Positions 25,046-39,230 of a stretch of 64,000 nucleotides of DNA are shown here, in pieces. The stretch comes from Octopus sinensis (lineage: Eukaryota). Where the stretch lies: the NCBI RefSeq assembly GCF_006345805.1, contig NC_043009.1:23684001-23748000 (forward strand). The letters are read 5' to 3'. The notes beneath the pieces are model-generated. The model had not been told where the DNA came from and made no database searches. It saw nothing but the letters and a program-made list of their open reading frames with translations. Position numbers and translations under genes: made by a program. Every line of letters starts with the position of its first letter. Position 1 is the stretch's first letter.

Positions 25046-25442
25046 CGCCTATATGTATGTATGTATTCTTTTTATTAATTAGTTTTTTTTCTTAGACAGA
25101 CGGAGGTGGTTTCTATCTGAAAAACAAACTTGAATAACAACAAAGATAATTGTTACGTATTTAATGTTAAGAAAGTGTAGAATATTTTTACTGTTGAATC
25201 GGTATAAAGATTGAATCGGTATAAAGTGCAAGTTGTAAGTCATTGTCTTTGTTTGAAAATTCTTGTTTATCTTTAATGTCGCTCATATAGTTATGATCCT
25301 TTAACGTTCTAAATCCAAAATCCCACCGAAATGTCCATGTCTTTCATCCCTACAGAGCCGAGAAAATAAAGTACCAGTCAAATACGCTGGGATCGAAACA
25401 TCTTACTTTCTTACTAGCTTTTTCCTTACAAAATTGTACCTA

Positions 25443-26691
25443 CGAGGGGCGTTCAATAAGTAATGCCTCTGACCCACTTGCAGTTGTTTGATCTAGCTGA
25501 AATTTTGTATGTGCAATTATTTATATCTCTATAGATTAAGTGGCAAATTACAGCTCTGAACTAATTGTGGTTTCTGATTTACAGGTGTTTGAACTGAGTC
25601 AAGTGTGAAACGGAGCCTGTTGAGTGTCGAGCAGTGATGATGTTTTTGTATTTGAAAAGACGCACACCACGGGAGACTTTTGATGAAATAAAAGTAACTT
25701 ATGGTAATGATGCCCCATCATATGACCTTGTAAAACGCTGGCATCGTGAATTCAAACATGGTCGGAACTTTGTGGAAACAGCTCCCAGATCTGGTCGCCC
25801 CCTTCTGACATTGATGAGGCATCTGTCCGTCAAGTTGAGGCTGCCATTTTGGAAGATCGACGCATAACTATTCGCCAAATAGCCCATGAGGTCAAGATTA
25901 GTACCGGGTCTGTGGAAACTATCATTCCTGACCATTTGCATATGCAAAAGGTGTCTGCCAGATGGATTCCCAGGCTGCTCACACCTTTCCAGAAGCAAGA
26001 ACGCGTCGATTGCGCGAGGATGAATTTGAAGATGTGCCAAGAAGATGAGTCAAAATTTTTCAAAAGACTGATCACACAGGATGAAACCTGGGTCCATCAC
26101 TATGATCCAGAGACCAAAGCCCAGTCAATACAGTGGAAGCACCGTGACTCACCTCCTCCAAAGAAGGCAAGGGTGCAGCCCTCCGCTGGCAAGGTCATGC
26201 TCACAGTCTTCTTGGACCAGGACGGAGTAGTGATGACAGATTTCTTGGCAAAGGGTGCCACAATTACAGGAGTCTATTATGCTTCACTTTTGAGGAAATG
26301 AAGAGAAGCTATCAAAATCAAGAGGCGGGGCAAGATCAGCAAAGGCATCCTCCTCCTGCAGGACAACGCTCCGATCCACAACTCATCCCTCATTCTCCCT
26401 ACTCTCCTGACCTGCACCCTCTGATTTTCACCTCTTCCCAGCCATGAAGTTGTTTTTGAAAGGAAAGCGTTTCCCAGATGATGCAGTCTTGATTTCTGAA
26501 GTCACGTCGTGGTTGGAGGACCAAGCTGGGGGTCTTCTACAAAAACGGTCTTCAGAGCTGCATCAAACGATGGGAGAAATGCGTAACTCTGGGTGGTTCC
26601 TATGTTGAAAAAGACTAATAACTGTGCCAAGTTTCGTTGCTCTACTGCTATGGGAAGTGGGTCAGGGGCATTACTTATTGAACGCCCCTCG
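25443..26691 (+). mobile_element. Mariner transposon (irritans/Hsmar2-like), 1249 bp, transposase pseudogene
   Basis: TA TSDs. ~37-bp TIRs CGAGGGGCGTTCAATAAGTAATGCC(T/C)CTGACCCACTT. Motifs SGRP, KVSARWIPRLL, ITQDETWVHHYDPE, QDNAP and a YSPDL-like remnant. Frameshifts, a stop at ~26299 and a deletion between the second and third catalytic D. Confidence 0.93.
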
Positions 26692-27400
26692 TATGTGTGC
26701 ATACGTTAATTTATGTAATGTGTGCGCACGTTAATTTATGTAATGTGTGCATAATGATGAAAGAAAGTGTATTATACGCAACACAATAAATTCTTGATTT
26801 ATTGAATAGATTTTCTATTGCAGAGAACGTATAACGATTGCTTGGTGTAAAGTGTGATTAACTTCAAATGAGAAGGGGAGATAATCCCAAGAACCTAAAG
26901 TACCAAAAATCTGAGGTGTTATTAAATAAATCGTAATCTGGTTTTCTGGAAACAAGAGGGCAGGACGGGGTAGGTTTCTACCTCAATAAGCGTCATTAGT
27001 CCAGCGGTTACCCAATATACGATTCTTAAGATTATCACCACTTTTCCCTTGGAGATAGTCTTGATAATCACCAAGCGATTATTCTACATTCTTTAGAAGT
27101 GGAGTTCATTTCAGCAAATCAAATATTTGTCTCGTGTGGTATTTGATATAGACTTATTCCTCTTTGTTGTTCAAACATACACCGCAGGACACTCTTAACT
27201 CATATAGACTTCATTTATTTATATGAGTGCTTGTGAAAGAGTGCTTGCGTGGGTGTCTTTGTGTGCGCGTGTGTCTGTGTGTGTTTAAGTGTGTGTCTAT
27301 TAAAGGCAATTTATTCTTGAGCACGGCAATGCCGCGCCCACCCGTTAAACAATACAAATTGAGAATCCATGTAAAAGCAATTGCGAAAGTAAACATAAAG

Positions 27401-27661
27401 ACGTGGCTGCGTGGCGAGAAGTTGCTTCTGAATCACATAGTTCCGGGTTCGGTTCCCTCAGGCATGGCTGTGTCGTAAAGAGCTTGCTTTCCAACCACAT
27501 GGTTTCAGGTTCTGTCCCACTGCGTGGCACCATGGTCAAATGTCTTCTACTATAGCCTCGGGCCGACCAAAGCTTTGTGGATGGATTTGGTTGACGGAAA
27601 CTGAAAGAAGCCCGTCGTGTATATATATATATATATATTATATATAATATATAATAAATAT

Positions 27662-27694
<33 letters not shown>

Positions 27695-27763
27695 TATATA
27701 TATATATAATATATATATATACACACACACCGTCACATATTATACTATCTATCTATCTATCTA

Positions 27764-27812
<49 letters not shown>

Positions 27813-27848
27813 ATCCATCCATTCCATCTATCTATCTATCTATCTATC

Positions 27849-27882
<34 letters not shown>

Positions 27883-27899
27883 TATCATATCTATCTCTC

Positions 27900-27958
<59 letters not shown>

Positions 27959-28315
27959 GTATATATATGTATATATATATAAATATATGTATATATATGT
28001 ATATATATTATATATATGTATATATATATATTATATATATACATATATATATATGTATATATTATATATATAAAAATATATATAATATATATATAATATA
28101 TATCTGTGTGTGAGTGTGGTTCCTCCATTACCGCTTGACAACCGGTGCTGGTGTGCTTACGTCCTCATAATATAGCCGTTCAGCAAAACAGACTGATAGA
28201 ATAAGTACTAAGCTTAAAAAAGTCCTGGGGTTGATTTCTTCGACTATAACCCTTCAAGGGGGTGCTCCAGGATGGTCGCAGTCAAATGACTGAAACAAGT
28301 AATAGAATAAAGGAA
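27401..28315 (+). mobile_element. SINE A (double head) with ~480-bp expanded internal microsatellite
   Basis: Old head 27401-27460, second head from 27461, (TA)/(TATC)/(TC) tract 27620-28100, 3' half 28100-28315. Confidence 0.75.
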
Positions 28316-28529
28316 TATACGTGTGTGTGAGTGCGCGCGTGTGTGTATGAATGAGTGTGTGTGAGTGTGTGAATGTGTGTATGTATCTTTGTGTCTTTGT
28401 TCACCCAACCCCTTGACAACCGGTGTTGGTCTGTTTATATCCCCGTAAGCTAGTGGTTCAGCGAAAAGAAACCAGTAACATAAGCAGCAGACAAAAAAAA
28501 GCAACATAAGTTCTAGAGTTGATTTCTTT

Positions 28530-28611
28530 TGCGTGGCACCTCGGGCAAATGTCTTCTACGGACAAATGCCTTGAGTGGATTGGTAGACGGAAACTGAAAG
28601 AAGCCGTCGTA

Positions 28612-28705
<94 letters not shown>

Positions 28706-28945
28706 GTTGTGTGTGTGTGGTGTGTGCGTGTGTGTGTGTGGTGTGTGTGTGTTTGTGTGTCTTTGTTTGTCCCCCCAACATCGCTTGACAACCGATGCAG
28801 GTGTGTTTACGTCCCCGTAACTTAGCGGTTCGGAAAAAGTGACCAATAGAATAAGTACTAGGCTTACAAAGAATAAGTCATGGGGTCGATTTGCTCGACT
28901 AAAGTCGGTGCTCCAGCATGGATGCTGTCAAATGACTGAAGCAAG
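28530..28945 (+). mobile_element. SINE A, 5' truncated
   Basis: gcgtggcacctcgggcaaatgtcttctac .. gtcaaatgactgaagcaagtaaaa. Confidence 0.8.
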
Positions 28946-29169
28946 TAAAAAAGTAAGGCATTGCCCCAGTATGGGCGTAGACCAATGACAGAAGCAATCA
29001 AAGAGAAAATGTAAGATATAGACAATGGCTGTTATATACGATTGCAAAATTCGACAAAAACTGAATGCGTCAAAGCAGAAATACTTGCGGTGGTGGCAGA
29101 GAGGGAGATTTGAGGCTTGGCGTTTTGAAAATGGCAATAAGAAAAATTATAAGATTAAAATATTAATTT

Positions 29170-30585
29170 TAAATTTTGGCACAAGGTCTGTATATTGTGG
29201 AGAAGGGGTATGTCAATTACATCGACCCCAGTGCACATCTGGTATTTATTTTAGCGATCCTGGCAGGATGAAAGACAAATTCGACCTCGGCGGAATTTGA
29301 ACTCACAACATCCAAGTCGACCATATGCCGCTATGCATTTTGCCCGGCCTGCTAACGATTCTTATTTCTTTATTGCCCACAAGAGGCTAAATATAGAGGG
29401 AACAAACAAGGAAAGACAAAGGGATTAAGTCGATTACATCGATCCAAGTGCGCAACTGATACTTAATTTATCGACCCCTAAAGGATGAAAGGCAAAGTCG
29501 ACCTCAGCGGAATTTGAACTCAGAACGTAAGGGCAGATGAAATACCACTAAGCATTTTGCCCAGCGTGCTAACGATTCTACCAGCTCGCCGCCTTAAGAG
29601 AGTAAATTGATATTAGTTTCAAATTTTGGCACAAACCCAGAAATTTTTCCGGAGGAGTTAAGTCAATTACACCGACCCCCCCCCCCCGTATTCAACTGGT
29701 ATTTAGTTTATGACTCGGAAAAGATGAAAAGCAGAGTTGAACCTTGGAGGAATTTGAACTCAGAACGTAAAGACGGATGAAATGCCGTTAAGCATTTGAA
29801 CCGGCGTACTGCAAACTCGCCACCCCAGCATAGCGGGGAAAACATACTGGTTTCCAATTTTTGGCAAAGGAACAGTAATTTTGGGGGAAGGGTTAAGTCG
29901 ATTCCATCGACCCCAGTGTCCAATTGGTACTTCTTTTATCAACTTCGAAAGGATGAAAAGCAAAGTCAACCTCGGCTGTAGTTGAACTCAGAACGTGCGC
30001 GGCGTGCTAAAGATTCTTTTCTACTCTAGGCACAAGGCCCGAAATCTTTGGGGAGGAGACCAGTCAATTAGATCAATCCCAGTAGGCAACTGGTACTTAA
30101 TATATCGAACCCCAAAAGGATGGAAGGCAAAGTCGACCTCTGTGTCATTTGAACACAGAACGTAAAGATAAACGAAATACCTATTTCTTTACTACCCACA
30201 AGGGGCTAAACACAGAGAGGACAGGGCTAAACATAGAGGAGACAAACAAGGACAGACAAAGGGATTAAGTCGATTACATCGACCCCAGTGCGTAACTGGT
30301 AATTAATTTATCGACCCCGAAAGGATGAAAGGCAAAGTCGACCTTGGTGGAATTTGAACTCAGAACGTAACGGCAGACGAAATACGGCTGCGCATTTCGC
30401 CCGGCGTGCTAACGATTCTGCCAGCTCGCCACCTTCTAGGGAGGGTGGCCAGTCGATTAGATAGACCCCAGTGCGTAACTGGTACTTAATTTATTGACAC
30501 CGAAAGATGAAAGGCGTAAAGACACGAATTACCGCTAAGCATTTCGACCGGCGTTTTAACGTTTCTGCTGCCACGCCGCCTTACG
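29170..30585 (-). repeat. Head-to-tail array of ~7 SINE B units
   Basis: Recurrent gaaaggatgaaaggcaaagtcgacct..ggaatttgaactcagaacgtaa every ~170-250 bp. Confidence 0.85.
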
Positions 30586-31195
30586 CAAGGTTAAAAATAT
30601 TAATGAAATAAATAATGTGAACATATTAACTCGTCTGTGAAGCAATAAAGATTAATAATATTATAATGAATGTACAATCATTTGTGAAAAAACACAGAGG
30701 TTTCATATGTAGAAGACATTAAAGGAAACTGAAGACAGTTCTTTGATATTAACTGAGAGCAATGAAAGGATAAGGAAGATGGTGTGGTTTATGATTTATA
30801 TGAAGAGAATTATTTAGTTTCTTTGCTTTTATATGTATCTGAACCGGTGCCGCCGCTCTACCATTTTTTCCCCATCCTTCGCGGGGGCTCGACGCCACAG
30901 CAGCCTCACCGCCGTCCCTCGTTTGCGCCCCATCTCAAGTACAGAACGAAACAATGTATGTATGTAAACATGTATGTATGTATGCATGTATGTAAGCATG
31001 TATGTATGTGTGTGTGTGTATGAACTTATGCTCTCCCTTAGTATCTTGTTTTCTATGCTCAATGTAAATATATTTGTATATAATATATGTATGTGTATGT
31101 GTGTGTGTGAGTTTATTCCTTTGAATATATGTAGTTATATGACTCTATGAATATCTATATCTATCTATATATACACACACACACACACACACACG

Positions 31196-31230
<35 letters not shown>

Positions 31231-31397
31231 TTATACATATATGTCAAGCTAAATTGTGTTTATCTGCATTACAATCTCTTTTTTCAAGGTAATGCCCCAG
31301 CACGGCCACATACTAATGACTGAAGCAAGGAAAAGATAAAGATATATATACACACATATACTTACATATATTCTATATGTGCATATATATATATATA

Positions 31398-31600
31398 TTT
31401 TATTTTACTTGTTTCAGTCATTTAACCGCGACCATGCTGGAGCACCGCTTTTAATCGAGCAAATCGACTCCAGGACTTATTCTTTGTAAGGCTAGTACTT
31501 ATTCTATCGGTCTTGTTTGCCAAACCGATATACTATGGGGCTGCAGACACCCACCAACATTGTTTGTCAAGCGATGGTGGGAGGACAAACAGAGACATAC
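31398..31600 (-). mobile_element. SINE A 3' half; its (TA)n tract continues to the CR1 LINE
   Basis: tttacttgtttcagtcatttaaccgcgaccatgctggagcaccgc..gacaaacagagacatac, then (TA)-rich 31600-32054. Confidence 0.8.
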
Positions 31601-31634
31601 AATATACTATTATATATATATATATATATTATAT

Positions 31635-31682
<48 letters not shown>

Positions 31683-31843
31683 ATTATATATATATTATAT
31701 ATATATATATATTATATATAATATTATATATATATATATAATATATATATATATATTATATATATATATATATTATATATTTATATATATAGATATTATA
31801 CTATATATAATTATATAATATATATATTATATTATATATTATA

Positions 31844-31880
<37 letters not shown>

Positions 31881-32054
31881 ATATATATTTATATATTATA
31901 TATATATATTATATATAATATATATTATATATATATATTATATATATATATATATAATATATATATTATATATTTAATATATATATATTATATATATATT
32001 ATATTATATATCTATATATTATATATTATATATCATTAATATATATATATTATA

Positions 32055-35000
32055 GGAGATAGCCCTAGGGAGGTGATTGCGGCTGCGCTGAAGAGCAGAG
32101 GCTACAAGAGGACAGCGGCTCAGATGGAGCGAAAGAGACAGGAATTCGTGCGCTCATATGCGCTTGTACGGTCGCACATTGGCGCACTTGATGCCATCTT
32201 TGAGAACGAGCGGAGCAAAGATGGCAAGAATGGAGACGATTGAAAGAAGTCACCCCCACCTGGGGACGCCCGGGAGGAGGTTTTGAATGAGAAACCTGCC
32301 GGGAAGTGAACCCAGGTCCAAGTTCTCCAACCGGCAAAAGGGCCATGGAGACGGAGAACCCGGTGAAGAGGTAGAGGGAGGGGGAAGAAGAACTAAAGAA
32401 GGACTGGAAGAGCTAAAGGAAAGAAAAAGCTCAAGCAGGACCAAAGAGTGAAACAACCAGAAATAGAAGTGGAACCGCAAGGATGGAACCAACAGCGCAA
32501 CGGGTGTGTATGTTCTACCTGAGAGGTTCCTGCTGGCATGGAAAGGAAGGTGCAGGCTGCCGCTTTGCACATCGGGGACCCTGCCACAGAGACACGAGGC
32601 AGATGGACGAACCATCAACACAAAGAAGAAAAGGGATGGACCACGCACCACCTGCCCCAAAGCGGAGGTACGCAGATGTTGTGCGCGCCACAAACAGCCA
32701 ACATGATGTTGTCGAAAGAGCAGCTGCTGAGCAACAATCTTTTTTGTGCATGGCACACAAAGATTGTACAGCAGCTGACCTGGCTTCATCAAACCAAGCT
32801 CGCAGGTGGGACTACCCACTATATACCAGACCACCACACAGCAAACAGACACAGGATGGACACCGCCGGCAACAACGTACGCCTCACCTCGATACTCCTA
32901 CTGAACATCAGAGGACTGCAAACACTCAGTAACAGGACAAAGATCCCGTTCCTGAGAGACTTTGTTGCATGCAATCAAGCCTTATGCATAGCACTTACAG
33001 AAACGCACCTGAAACCGGACATAGCAGATGCGGAGTTACACATACCACAGTATGCTGTACTACGGACCGACAGGAAAGAAAGGAGTCATGGAGGTGTTGC
33101 TATGTACATCCGTGAGGACCTCACACCCCAGGTCCTCTTGTCATACTCAAACTCGGTGTGACACACTAATTGTACATATAGGCAACTTGATGTAGTTGTG
33201 GTGCTACATATCGCCCTCCAGATGCCCCAAGCCATGTGGGCAAGTTTGAAGACTGCCTTATAAAAATAGAAGAAATTCTAACCACATTAGAACAACACAT
33301 AGGTGTGCTTCTTATGGGAGACTTCAATCTGCCCAATGTCAGATGGCCCGAGGGCCTTTCTCTCCCAGGAATGACAAGATGTGAACGAGGACAGGCGAGG
33401 TCCCTCCTGAACTCATCAACACCCTGTACATGAGAGCAGGTAATACTCCCAACCAACCAGGGCAGGTAACACACTGGATCTCTGCTTCACAAATGACATG
33501 GATCTCATCCATAATGTGAAAGTGACACCGACACTACTCTCGGATCACAACATGATAGAGCTGACCATGTACGGGCCAAAAGAGAGCACGGACATGCAGC
33601 CTACAAGAAAACCCTCAAAATCTTTCCAGCTTGAACTACCATAAGGCAAACTGGAAACAAATTGAGAAAGAGATCCTCAAACAAACTGGCCTAAATGTCT
33701 CTCCTCGCCAGACATCGACGTGAAACTTCAACAATTCATGTCTGTAATGCAAGCCATATGCTACAAATGTGTCCCAGAGAGAAAGGCCACTGTACACAAG
33801 AACAAAATCCCCAGAGAGAGGAAAATTTTAATGAGACGGCGTACGAAATTTTCAAATCGCCTAAACAAACAGATTGAAAGCAGTGAAAAGTCCCGCCTAA
33901 AAATAAAACTGTTGGAAATCGAAAAATGTCTGCAACTCTCCCATGAAAAAGAAAGAGCAGACAAGAAGCCTGGGCTATAGAAAACATAAAATCTAACCCC
34001 AGAGCTTTCTACAGTATGCCAAAGAAACAGCTACAGTGCACTGTAGAATAGGGCCACTCCTCGAAAAGGATGGCACACTTACAGGAAAACCAATGAGGGT
34101 AAGTGAAATACTGAACGAGCAATTCAAGAGTGTTTCACTCCACCCCTTGGGCATCTCCAAATCACCAATCCAACTGACTTTTTTACCACTGCAGATATAA
34201 AATCAGAGGCGGCGACGATAGATTACATCGAATAAAGGAAAGACGATGTAACCAAGGCTATAGATGAATGAAAACAGACTCAGCTACTGGCCCCGATGGA
34301 TTCCCGGCAATCCTCCTAAAAGCATGTAAGAGAGTCCTAGCAAGACCACTGCAGTTCCTCTTTCAGAGCTTCCTTGCAGCTGACAAACTTCCAAGAAAAC
34401 TGAAGGAAGGTAAAATATGCCCCATTCATAAAGGAGGTAGCAGAGCGGAAGCCAAGAACTATAGACCTATCTCTCTGAACTCACACATCAGCAAGGTCAT
34501 GGAACGAATAGTCAGAAGGAAGCTGATCACTACCTTGAAGAGAATGACTTGCTGCCCGACACCCAACATGGTTTCCGACCAGGGAGAAGCTGTTTAACTC
34601 AGCTCCTACAACACTATGACTGGGTGCTGAAACGGTTGCTCAACCACTCAAATGTGGAAGTGATATATCTCGACTTGCAAAGGCCTTTGATAAAGTCGAT
34701 CATGGAATGATATGTCACAAACTGCGTGATCTCAACATAGTTGGAAAACTGGGAGAATGGCTTCATGACTTTCTGAAGGATAGAAGTCAGGTGGTAGTAG
34801 CCAATGGGGCCACCTCCATTAACACACAAATAGTGAGCGGTGTTCCGCAGGGCACTGTTCTGGGACCACTACTGTTCATAATGGCCCTCTCAGACATGCC
34901 CTCAGCCACGCAGAGAGCCACGATCACAAGTTATGCAGATGATACAAAAGTTTCACAGGTAATACAGAACCCTGAGGACACTAAACACCTGCAATGTGAG

Positions 35001-35932
35001 CTGGACGAAATATACAAGTGGGCTGAAAAGAATAGCATGCAGTTCAATGCTGGAAGTTTCAAGCTTTATACTATCAGCATGCAAAACTGAATGCAATACC
35101 CAATGAATACACTGGACCCGGAGGGATTGCAATCCCAGAGGCACAATCAGTGCGTGACCTGGGTATTCACATGAGTGATGACGCGACCTTTCATGTACAT
35201 GTTGCTAAACTGACAATGAAATGTAGACGGCTGGCTGGATGGATTCTCAGAACCTTTAGAACAAGAGAACAAAAAACCATGATGGTCCTCTGGAAGACAC
35301 TTGTCCTAAGCCACTTTGACTATTGCTCTCAGCTATGGTCACCATCCAGTGTCAAGTTGATCACAGAACTTGAGGCGATCCAACGAAGCTACACAAAGAA
35401 GATAGCCTCTATGCAGAATGTAAGCTACTGGGAAAGACTCAAGAGATTAAAATTATATTCTCTGGAGCGTAGGCGGGAAAGATATGCCATATATACATCT
35501 GGAAGATCCTGGAGGGAAGTGTCCTGAACTTTGGCATCGAGAGTTACGCAAATGCCAGAACTGGGCGCCACTGTGTGGTGCCTAGGACTCCAAACCTGCC
35601 ATCAAGATGTAGGACAAGATTCTGTGATAGCCTGGGCTTCCGAGGCCCACAGCTCTTCAATATCCTCCCGAAGAACCTGAGAGACCTGCATGGGGTGGAT
35701 ACAGATGTCTTTAAAATGAAGCTGGATCTCTTCCTGTCAGGTGTCCCAGATGAACCAACTTCACGGCAGGAGGGGCAGATGAGGGCAGCTGCATCGAACT
35801 CTCTCATGCACCAAATAGCAGTTGCTAGAAAGCCTCCATGAAGTGAAACCAAGTAGCAACACCAAATGGCGGTGCCCCAGCATGGCCACAGCTATAAGCT
35901 GAAACTAGAATCAATCAATCAATCAATCAATC
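32055..35932 (+). mobile_element. CR1-group LINE, 5' truncated in ORF1, decayed, (TCAA)n tail
   Basis: ORF1 remnant with CCCH zinc finger, then APE and RT domains, short 3'UTR and (TCAA)n. Flanked by (TA)-rich arrays on both sides. Confidence 0.93.
32856..35841 (+). pseudogene. LINE ORF2 (AP endonuclease + reverse transcriptase), frameshifted
   Basis: LLNIRGL, IALTETHL, RTDR..HGGVAMYI, MGDFNLP, ATGPDGFP, NYRPISL, GVPQGTVLGPLLF, YADD, RDLG, DYCSQLWSP, YWERLKRLKLYSLERRRERY. Confidence 0.95.
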
Positions 35933-36316
35933 ATATATATATATAATATATATTATATATATATATATATATTATATATATATATATTATATATTTATAT
36001 AATATATTATATATATATTTATATATTATATATATATATATTATATATATTATATATATATATATTATATATTATATATATATATATATACATATATATT
36101 ATATAATAATATTATATTAATTATATTATTATATATATATATATATATATATGAAAAATGAGAAAATGGAGAAATATATTAAATCAATCATCAACCATCA
36201 GATATACCCAATCATACTTTATCAAACCATTACATAATAGCAATGATATTATACATTAATATAGTACAATATAACAAGACATAGAAATAGAAATAGAAAA
36301 TACATTTACATTGTAG

Positions 36317-36422
36317 CTGACAGCTGTTTTGGCCGTGAAGACAGGTATGTCCCATTTACCTATTAGCATATAAAGCAGGTATAAATGAGACATTAACAAG
36401 AAGGCTCACGGCCTCTTCAGAG
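36317..36422 (-). ncRNA. Penelope-type hammerhead ribozyme relic with long stem II loop
   Basis: Minus strand: CTGAAGA, perfect stem II GGCCGTGA/TCACGGCC, AAAAC (G12 changed to A), palindromic stem III ACAGCTGT, GTC cleavage triplet. Confidence 0.55.
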
Positions 36423-36804
36423 AATTTAATGCAAGTATGAAAAAAAATTACATATAAATATAAATATGTGTGCATACACACTCATATTCCTACTATATAT
36501 ATATATAATAATAATACCAATATAAACAATATATATCAATATACATTAACAAACACATAATGTTCCATATTGAACTCCACAGTTCTATAACCAACATCAA
36601 GGAACTACAACATGTACACTCACATTTAAAGCAGGCATATATATGAACAGTCCAATCTATCTATAAATATGTCATTACACAAAAAAGTCAATAAAATTAA
36701 TATTAATATTAATAACAATAATAATAATAACAACCACGATTTTACCATCCAAAGCAAGGGGACATCCACATATTTACTCAATCAGTCGAATTCCTCTGCC
36801 CGCA

Positions 36805-37383
<579 letters not shown>

Positions 37384-39230
37384 CCAATAATAATAAGGGT
37401 AAAATTAATTAATTAGTAATTAATAATTTTCCAAGCAGTGTTCAGTATGTAAAAGGACCATTTACGGTAAATTTAAACATTACTTTAAATAATTAGGGTT
37501 CAGCAAAAAAATTTACTTTACCTCACACCGAACTTTTAGAAATTGCAGCCAAAGAATTTAGCTATTTCCCCTACTATAAGAAGAGTCTCCCAGACAATGT
37601 ATACTCAAAAACAATTCACGTAGGCATAGAGGGAAAAATAACGAAAGATCACTCGAAAATCGATTACTTGAGAACGCGTTTGTGGGTTAGTTAGATATAG
37701 ACATGCTAGAAATACATACCTATTCCAACATTCCTGTCATCAGCTCAAGATTTCGTTAAATTTAAATTTGAGAGCACTAAAAATCGAACATACCCGTCTG
37801 ATTTGAGTAACCCCAGTTGAACCACCTTCGATATCCAGTATTAAAGAATTCAAAACGTACGAATGAGGCTTTGTTCTATAACTCACGTGGGTGGACAGAG
37901 GAGGATGCAAAGCCTCATTCGTACGTTTTGAATTCGCTAATACTGGATATCGAAGGTACCTTCGAAACACGCATTGAGTCGAAACAGGAGTAGCTGATGA
38001 AGGGGAATATTCCTTGTATTGTTTGTCTCGTACTCTGTTTTTCGTTGTTAAAAAAAGTCCGTTCCTTGTTTGATTTTATGTTTCGTTTCCGTTGTGTTCA
38101 ACGTTTATTTGTGGTGTCCTGTACTATATGCATGTATATATACATATAGATGTCGGTATGTACATATATGTATGTATGTATGTATGCATATGTTTTATTT
38201 ATTAAATTGTTATATATATATATATGCTTGTATGTGGATGTGTATGTGCGTGTGTGCGTGCATTTGTAGATGCATATTTACAGATACTACATAAACATAT
38301 GTATGCCTTCTTCCTCTAATAGCCACGCTCATCACAAGCCATTGTCTCATTCTAAATTAGCTCAAGCCTTACTTTCTCTATAGTAAATTAAATTAATTAC
38401 TTCGTACGCTGACAACCAGCCAAACCACTTAATGTATTTAGCATCACGAACCGATATCTCTCTTGACAACTCTAATTTAATATTAGAAAACAAAAAAAGA
38501 ACCGTGCCTTTGCCCCCTAAATTCCCTTCTGTATAAGAAATCTTCGGTTTCAACAAAAGCCTTTAATCTTATATGTTTGTAATGTTTATAACACTCCAAA
38601 CCTTGTACACATTGGATTATTTATTTCATTATTGTAGTATTCTAATTTTGCCTTTCTTTGTTATCGTTTCAACTGACCGTTGTAGGTGTTTTGCTCCTTC
38701 GGTCTTCATACATCAATTTATAATTCTATCCAAATGCCTTGTTTCATTTTAACATTGTTTCTGTTCAGGTCTTCACTCATTTCGATAATGTTTATCATTT
38801 ACATTACATAAATACTTACATACATCATGCATGCATTATGTGTAGGCACACACGTACATATGCACGCGAGCACACACACACACACATACATATATATACA
38901 CATATATAATATTATATATATATAATGTTTTAATATAAAGCATTACATAACTTTGCGTGCAATGTTATGTTTTGTATAAAAAATAATTAACCGATGTTGG
39001 TCAATTTGTTTGTTGATCAAAAAGTTTCTCCATTGTCTGTTTATTTAGATTTGATTCCTGATAAACTTTTGTTTATTCTGTCATTACTTGTACCCTATGA
39101 GCATAGTGTGCTTGCATACCCATGCCCAGGGTTAACATAGGCAAATAATACCGGTAGTAAGAACGGATATTCTTATTCATTAGACGGTTATTCCAACCGC
39201 TAGCTGTGCTTAACTATATATATATATATA

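Noticed and set aside
37960-38020. CTGATGA plus hairpin as a hammerhead ribozyme
   Set aside because: No GAAA follows stem II, and no stem I can form in the permuted reading.
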